A stretch of 43,560 bases of DNA from Candidatus Poribacteria bacterium (GTDB lineage Bacteria; Poribacteria; WGA-4E; UBA9662). The notes beneath the pieces were generated by a model. It had not been told where the DNA came from. It saw only the letters and a list, made by a program, of their open reading frames with translations, and did not search any database. Positions 39,071 through 43,560 of the stretch are shown piece by piece (position 1 is the stretch's first letter; every line of letters begins with the position of its first letter). The stretch spans positions 1 through 43,560 of the forward strand of contig JAYZAL010000044.1 of NCBI GenBank assembly GCA_036339735.1, in the 5' to 3' direction. Both the position numbers and the translations under genes were made by a program.

Positions 39071-40924
39071 TTATTTTTTGCTTCCTGATTCAGATTGGGC
39101 TATCTCTAGGTTGTGTTTCAAGGTAGTACTCTTAGGTAAAAGTTTGAGTCCCTCTTCGAAGCGAATAATTGAAGCCTCAAATTTCTTGGCATCAAGTAAC
39201 TGAAATGCAGTTTCATTATAATAAGCTTCAATTAACTGGTTGAAGGTTTGTCGATCTTTTTTTGACTTTTGACGACCATTGACCAAAATTTGGATTGCTG
39301 CCTTGAAATCTCCTCTATTGTAGGTTTGCTGTCCCCATTGTAACATGACTACATCCCAGTTATGGTTTAGTGGCTCCGAGCTTGGATCTAAATCTAATCC
39401 CTGCTCAATGGTAATCTTGGCCTGACTATAGTTTTCATCATTTAATAATTTTAAGCTCAAGTTATTTAACATTGATAATAACTTGGGCCGAATCATTGAT
39501 TGAAATGGCCTGATAGTTGGTTCTATCTGAGCTTTGTGTAGTAAATCAATAGCTTCCGATAGGTTGTCCTGTTGTTTCAATTTTTCTGCTTCTTTAATGT
39601 AATGGTAAGCAAATATCTCCTTCAGTTTCAAATTATGTGGAAATTTAGAAATAGCATTTAAAAAAATGTCTTCGGCTATATGAAAGGATGAGCTTTTCGC
39701 GTAATTCGAAATCAGGTTAATAGCTAATGTCTGAAAGTCGCTTTCGGCTGGAAACTGGTTAATCATCTGTTCGATTAACTTGAATGCAGACTCAAAATCG
39801 TTAGCTTTAGATAAAAGATAAAACTTGTTTAGAGAGGCTGCCTTTAGATTTTGTTTCAGTAATATGTCATTTGCGAAATAAGTCAGACCTTCACTAGCCG
39901 TTGTGATGGCCAGTTGGTATTGTTCGCTTTCTACTAATTGCTGAGTCCAATTGATATAAATACTATATTGTAGTTGGCTTATTTTATCAATTTTAGGGAA
40001 GAGAACGGCCAGTTTGGATAATGCGTATAGAGCATCTGGTGAACGTTTTGCATTTTCCAGTGAGACTATATAGTTATTGATAGCATTTTCCCAAGTATTA
40101 GAGGTAAAAGGTAAATCACCTGCCAGGAGGTAGGCACGATAAAGTAGGGCAGTTGCTTCTTTTAGTTGGCCTTGTTTGGTCATTTGGTCATATCGGTTGG
40201 AATAGATCAAAGCTAGCATTTGGTGATCTTTGATTTCTTGACGTTGACCATAATTCTTAGGATCCACATACGTAAAGCCAGTTAGCTGTCCAAATTGGTC
40301 TAAGATCCCTGTTTTGCTAGAAGGATCGAAACCAAATTTGACAGTAGTTTCGATATCAATTTTAGTACTATCAGATAACTGTAATTGAGCGAGAACATGG
40401 TCTGTGGTGGCCACCCCAGTAATTTTAATATTAAAGCTTCGACAGGCAATCGCATAAAAAATTGCAGATGAAACACAGTTAAAACTATGTTGACTAATAA
40501 TTTGGTCAATTCGATGTTGTTTGGGATTATATTGACCAAAAACAAGGATATGGAGTAACTGGAGAATATGATCAGAACGGGATAAGATGTTTTCTGAAAT
40601 TTGCCGAAGAACCAATTCTTTCTTCAATTGGCTGACTAATTGGTCTATCTTTTTTTTTGACTCGACCATTTCATTTGGTTTAACACCAGAAGCCGACAGC
40701 CCAAAGTTTACATAGTCGTTATAGTTGTACGGAGCTTTTGTGTTCATCATTTTTTGCTCCAACGGAGACAGCTGTAACATTTGGTCGAAATCGTTAGTAA
40801 AATCATTGTCATTAGTCGTCTTAATTACGTTTAGCTCTACTATTTGCTCTTCTTGACTAATAGCAATTCGAGTTACCCCTACAACAACAAAGATTAAAAG
40901 AGGCAGAAGTCGTATCGTTAACAT
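39071..40924 (-). CDS. Exported transglutaminase-like (Cys-His-acid) domain protein with C-terminal TPR array
   Basis: Likely start ATG 40924 (GGAG RBS; signal peptide MLTIRLLPLLIFVVVG); FNCVSS..Y, DHV, DIETT..GF; repeated TPR-like helices to the C-terminus. The ORF track extends it to 41023. Confidence 0.75.
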   Translation of the reverse strand: MLTIRLLPLLIFVVVGVTRIAISQEEQIVELNVIKTTNDNDFTNDFDQMLQLSPLEQKMMNTKAPYNYNDYVNFGLSASGVKPNEMVESKKKIDQLVSQLKKELVLRQISENILSRSDHILQLLHILVFGQYNPKQHRIDQIISQHSFNCVSSAIFYAIACRSFNIKITGVATTDHVLAQLQLSDSTKIDIETTVKFGFDPSSKTGILDQFGQLTGFTYVDPKNYGQRQEIKDHQMLALIYSNRYDQMTKQGQLKEATALLYRAYLLAGDLPFTSNTWENAINNYIVSLENAKRSPDALYALSKLAVLFPKIDKISQLQYSIYINWTQQLVESEQYQLAITTASEGLTYFANDILLKQNLKAASLNKFYLLSKANDFESAFKLIEQMINQFPAESDFQTLAINLISNYAKSSSFHIAEDIFLNAISKFPHNLKLKEIFAYHYIKEAEKLKQQDNLSEAIDLLHKAQIEPTIRPFQSMIRPKLLSMLNNLSLKLLNDENYSQAKITIEQGLDLDPSSEPLNHNWDVVMLQWGQQTYNRGDFKAAIQILVNGRQKSKKDRQTFNQLIEAYYNETAFQLLDAKKFEASIIRFEEGLKLLPKSTTLKHNLEIAQSESGSKK

Positions 40925-41252
40925 TGAATGTTCTCCATTTTTCTCGCTAATTGGTTTGCCACATGGTTTATAATAACAGGATTGAAAGCTATTTTGAGTG
41001 ACAAGATTCGTAGGAGCAGCCACTCAGATTTTGATAGTTGTATCTATTATGATCATGGTCTATGTAGAAGTAGCCAAAACTGCTTGTTTCTGTTCGGCTA
41101 ATGTTCCTATCCTTGTATTATCTCGATTTTTCCATGAAACCGAAAATTTTTAATGACCTATTTGAATCGATTATGATTGGCATCAAATTGGAGATTTTGA
41201 TAAACTATTTTTTTCGAACAGGATGAGAATTTAGAAAAGAGGGAAGACTTTC

Positions 41253-42089
41253 ATGCAACTGAAATTTGGGCAGGAAACGCCGCATGTTATGAATGTAGGA
41301 GCCGAAGGTATTGGTACTATTTCACGTTATGTGTGGTACCCTGAGCTTCATCCTCATATTACTTGTTTGTTAGGGCCAGGCAAACGTAATGTACTGGAAA
41401 ATCAACCAGCTGATCATCTACACCATCATGGGATTTGTTTTTCACATGGTGTAGTTAATGACCATCTTGATTTTTATCTCTATCGGGATAAACGTAATTT
41501 GGGACAGATCAACCTAGTGGATACAGTAGAAACTGAAGCTGTAGATAATGTAGGTATTCTAACACACAAAAGCGAGTGGATTGCCCCTGATGGAAATGCC
41601 TTAATTAAAGACCACCGCTCATATCGTTGGGAATTGCTAAACGATGGAGAGCTCTATTTAGATACTTCCATTTGTCTGAATCCCGTTAATCAACAAGTTA
41701 CCTTCCACCCAACTAATGAATCTGGGATGCCATTGGTTCGACCAGCTGACTGGTTAGTTGCCAATCATGGGGGAATTCTAACTGATAGTGAAGGTCGGCG
41801 TGGGGAGAAAGAGATGTTTGGCCAGCCTGCGCGTTGGATTGATGAAACAGCCGAAACTGATGGTACGCTAATTGGCCTATCTCTTTTAGATCACCCTTCG
41901 AACCCTACTCCAGCTCATTGGTTTGCCAGGGATTATGGTCCATTGTCTCCCAACTATAATTATTTTACTGGCCCGATAGAGCTAGAAGTTGGGGATCAAC
42001 TCAACTTAAGATATCGAATTTTTGTCCATACTGGCCCAGGTGATCCGAATCGGATTAACGGCGAATATGAAAAGTTTGCCCAATCGTAA
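41253..42089 (+). CDS. DUF6807 / 'PmoA family' beta-sandwich protein
   Basis: P.DH.HH.G..F.HG, G......G..A.W.D, DHPSNP....WFARDYG, L.LRYRIFVHTG. Confidence 0.75.
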   Translation: MQLKFGQETPHVMNVGAEGIGTISRYVWYPELHPHITCLLGPGKRNVLENQPADHLHHHGICFSHGVVNDHLDFYLYRDKRNLGQINLVDTVETEAVDNVGILTHKSEWIAPDGNALIKDHRSYRWELLNDGELYLDTSICLNPVNQQVTFHPTNESGMPLVRPADWLVANHGGILTDSEGRRGEKEMFGQPARWIDETAETDGTLIGLSLLDHPSNPTPAHWFARDYGPLSPNYNYFTGPIELEVGDQLNLRYRIFVHTGPGDPNRINGEYEKFAQS

Positions 42090-42126
42090 ATTAGTATAAG
42101 TAGAATTCTAGAACAAGGAAAATTAG

Positions 42127-43158
42127 ATGGATAAATACCGAGTTGGTATCGTGGGCTGTGGAGGTATCGCTCATTTTCATGGTCAGAATTATAATCGTTA
42201 CCCAGACGATTTTGAAATTGTTGCTGCTGCGGATGTAAGTCAGGAGTCAGTTGATAAGTACTGTCAACAGTTCGAGATTGCTACCGCCTATACTGATTAT
42301 CAAAAAATGCTAACTGATGAGCATCTGGATATAGTAACAGTTTGCACTTGGCAAGGTACACACGCAGAAATTACCGTAGCCGCTGCAGAAAGTGGAGTCA
42401 AGGGTATTTTATGTGAGAAACCGATGGCAGTCAGCCTAGGTCAAGCCGACGCCATGATTGAAGCTTGTGAGAAAAACAAAGTTAAATTAGTTATTGGTCA
42501 TCAACGCCGTTTTGAAGCTATCTACCCGGAAGCGCGCCGTCTTCTAGCCGATGGTGTAATTGGTGAGCCAATTTCAGTAGTTAGGCGAGTTGGTAGTGGT
42601 TTGCTAAATTGGGGAACACATGTTATCGATATGACTCGACAGATTTTGGGTGACCCACCTACTAGTTGGGTCATTGGTCAAGTAGAACGGAAAACCGACC
42701 GCTATGAAAGACGTTGTCGGATTGAAGATCTTTGCATGGGTTTGATCTGTTTCGAAAATGATACACGACTAATCTTAGAAATCGATATGCCAAAGCCGCA
42801 CCTGAACAATATTCTGATCCAAGGATCAAACGGAACAATGAGTTCAGATGGTGGAAAGTTGAAATATTTGAATAGTGATTCAAGTGGTTGGCAAATCGTT
42901 GAACCTAAATCAGATGGCCGAGATTTATGGTCGGAATTCAAACTATGGTTGGACGGTGACATCGACGATCACAGGTGTAGTGGCTACCAGGCACGTGGCA
43001 CAGTTGAAATTATGATGGCTATTTACGAGTCTGTTCGTACGAGAGGATTAGTTCATATTCCTTTCCAAACACCAGAATCGCCTCTAGAGTTACTAATAGA
43101 CAATGGAATGTTACCTGTAGAAACACCGGGCAAATACGACATCCGTGTTCCATTCTAG
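42127..43158 (+). CDS. Gfo/Idh/MocA family oxidoreductase
   Basis: VGIVGCGGIA, DIVTVCT....H, CEKPMA, GHQRRF, WGTH.ID. Confidence 0.93.
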   Translation: MDKYRVGIVGCGGIAHFHGQNYNRYPDDFEIVAAADVSQESVDKYCQQFEIATAYTDYQKMLTDEHLDIVTVCTWQGTHAEITVAAAESGVKGILCEKPMAVSLGQADAMIEACEKNKVKLVIGHQRRFEAIYPEARRLLADGVIGEPISVVRRVGSGLLNWGTHVIDMTRQILGDPPTSWVIGQVERKTDRYERRCRIEDLCMGLICFENDTRLILEIDMPKPHLNNILIQGSNGTMSSDGGKLKYLNSDSSGWQIVEPKSDGRDLWSEFKLWLDGDIDDHRCSGYQARGTVEIMMAIYESVRTRGLVHIPFQTPESPLELLIDNGMLPVETPGKYDIRVPF

Positions 43159-43182
43159 ATCAAAGTATAGGAGGGAAATTCT

Positions 43183-43410
43183 ATGCCAGTGTACGACTTC
43201 GAGTGTATTGATTGTGAAATTATGTTTGAAGAAAAATTATCTATCATCGAATCCGATAAAACTGTAAGTTGTCCCTTTTGTCAGAATCAAAATACAAAAA
43301 AACGACTCAGCGTGCCAATGGTTTTCAAGAAACAGAGCAGTTCTCCAAACCCCGGAGCTAGTCCAGCACCCACATCAAGAAGCCATCGATCAGGTTGTCC
43401 CTGCTGTTAG
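43183..43410 (+). CDS. FmdB family zinc-ribbon protein
   Basis: MPVYDFECIDC...FE...CPFC....KK.LS; AGGAGG RBS; C-terminal GCPCC. Confidence 0.88.
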   Translation: MPVYDFECIDCEIMFEEKLSIIESDKTVSCPFCQNQNTKKRLSVPMVFKKQSSSPNPGASPAPTSRSHRSGCPCC

Positions 43411-43560
43411 CCGTGATTTATGTAGGTTTATCAATCCTAATTACGATGCTCGGTGGGTTTCTCGGGGCTCCAAATACTTAATTGCTTAACCATATTTATT
43501 TTACGCAGCGACTACGATTTAAAATTTGGTGTCCTTGTTAACAATCTCGGTGGAATTAAT

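Noticed and set aside
41176..41195. TTGGCATCAAATTGGA as a sigma-54 promoter
   Set aside because: The required GC at -12 (GG-N10-GC) is GA here.
144..42962. Numerous 60-120 aa ORFs antisense to or nested in the large genes
   Set aside because: Shadow ORFs of well-supported genes, with no motifs or independent translation signals.

Overview
Bacterial chromosomal window, AT-rich by eye, standard genetic code. From left to right: (1) a minus-strand type II secretion / type IV pilus-like operon (gspE-F-G-H-I-J-K, a PilM/PilN-like GspL fusion, and the start of a gspM-like gene running off the left edge); (2) a sulfatase; (3) the housekeeping run rnpA-yidD-yidC-mnmE, which lacks the usual rpmH and is instead preceded by an Omp85 paralog, an HNH nuclease and a lipoprotein; (4) tyrS-GT2-surE-TIM barrel-DUF368; (5) a catabolic patch (RraA-like aldolase, PhyH dioxygenase, Gfo/Idh/MocA oxidoreductase, TPR protein, enolase-superfamily enzyme); (6) an eroded 2.8 kb stretch with pseudogene remnants; (7) a secreted beta-rich protein with a C-terminal ...STWAKIK tail, two convergent ~650-aa DUF6785/DUF6784-type membrane proteins and an M28 peptidase; (8) an aldo/keto reductase pseudogene, a transglutaminase-like/TPR protein, and a DUF6807-oxidoreductase-FmdB trio. 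The C-terminal tail, the paralogous DUF6785-type proteins and the enzyme mix suggest a Ca. Poribacteria-like organism; this is inference only. I found no rRNA, tRNA, CRISPR array, integrase or transposase. The most interesting leads are the TWxxIK putative sorting tail, a PhyH enzyme with H-x-H instead of H-x-D, a GspK with four helix-hairpin-helix repeats, the DUF6785 pair with M28 peptidase, and several decayed genes that the ORF track misses. All family calls come from motif recognition by eye, not from database searches.
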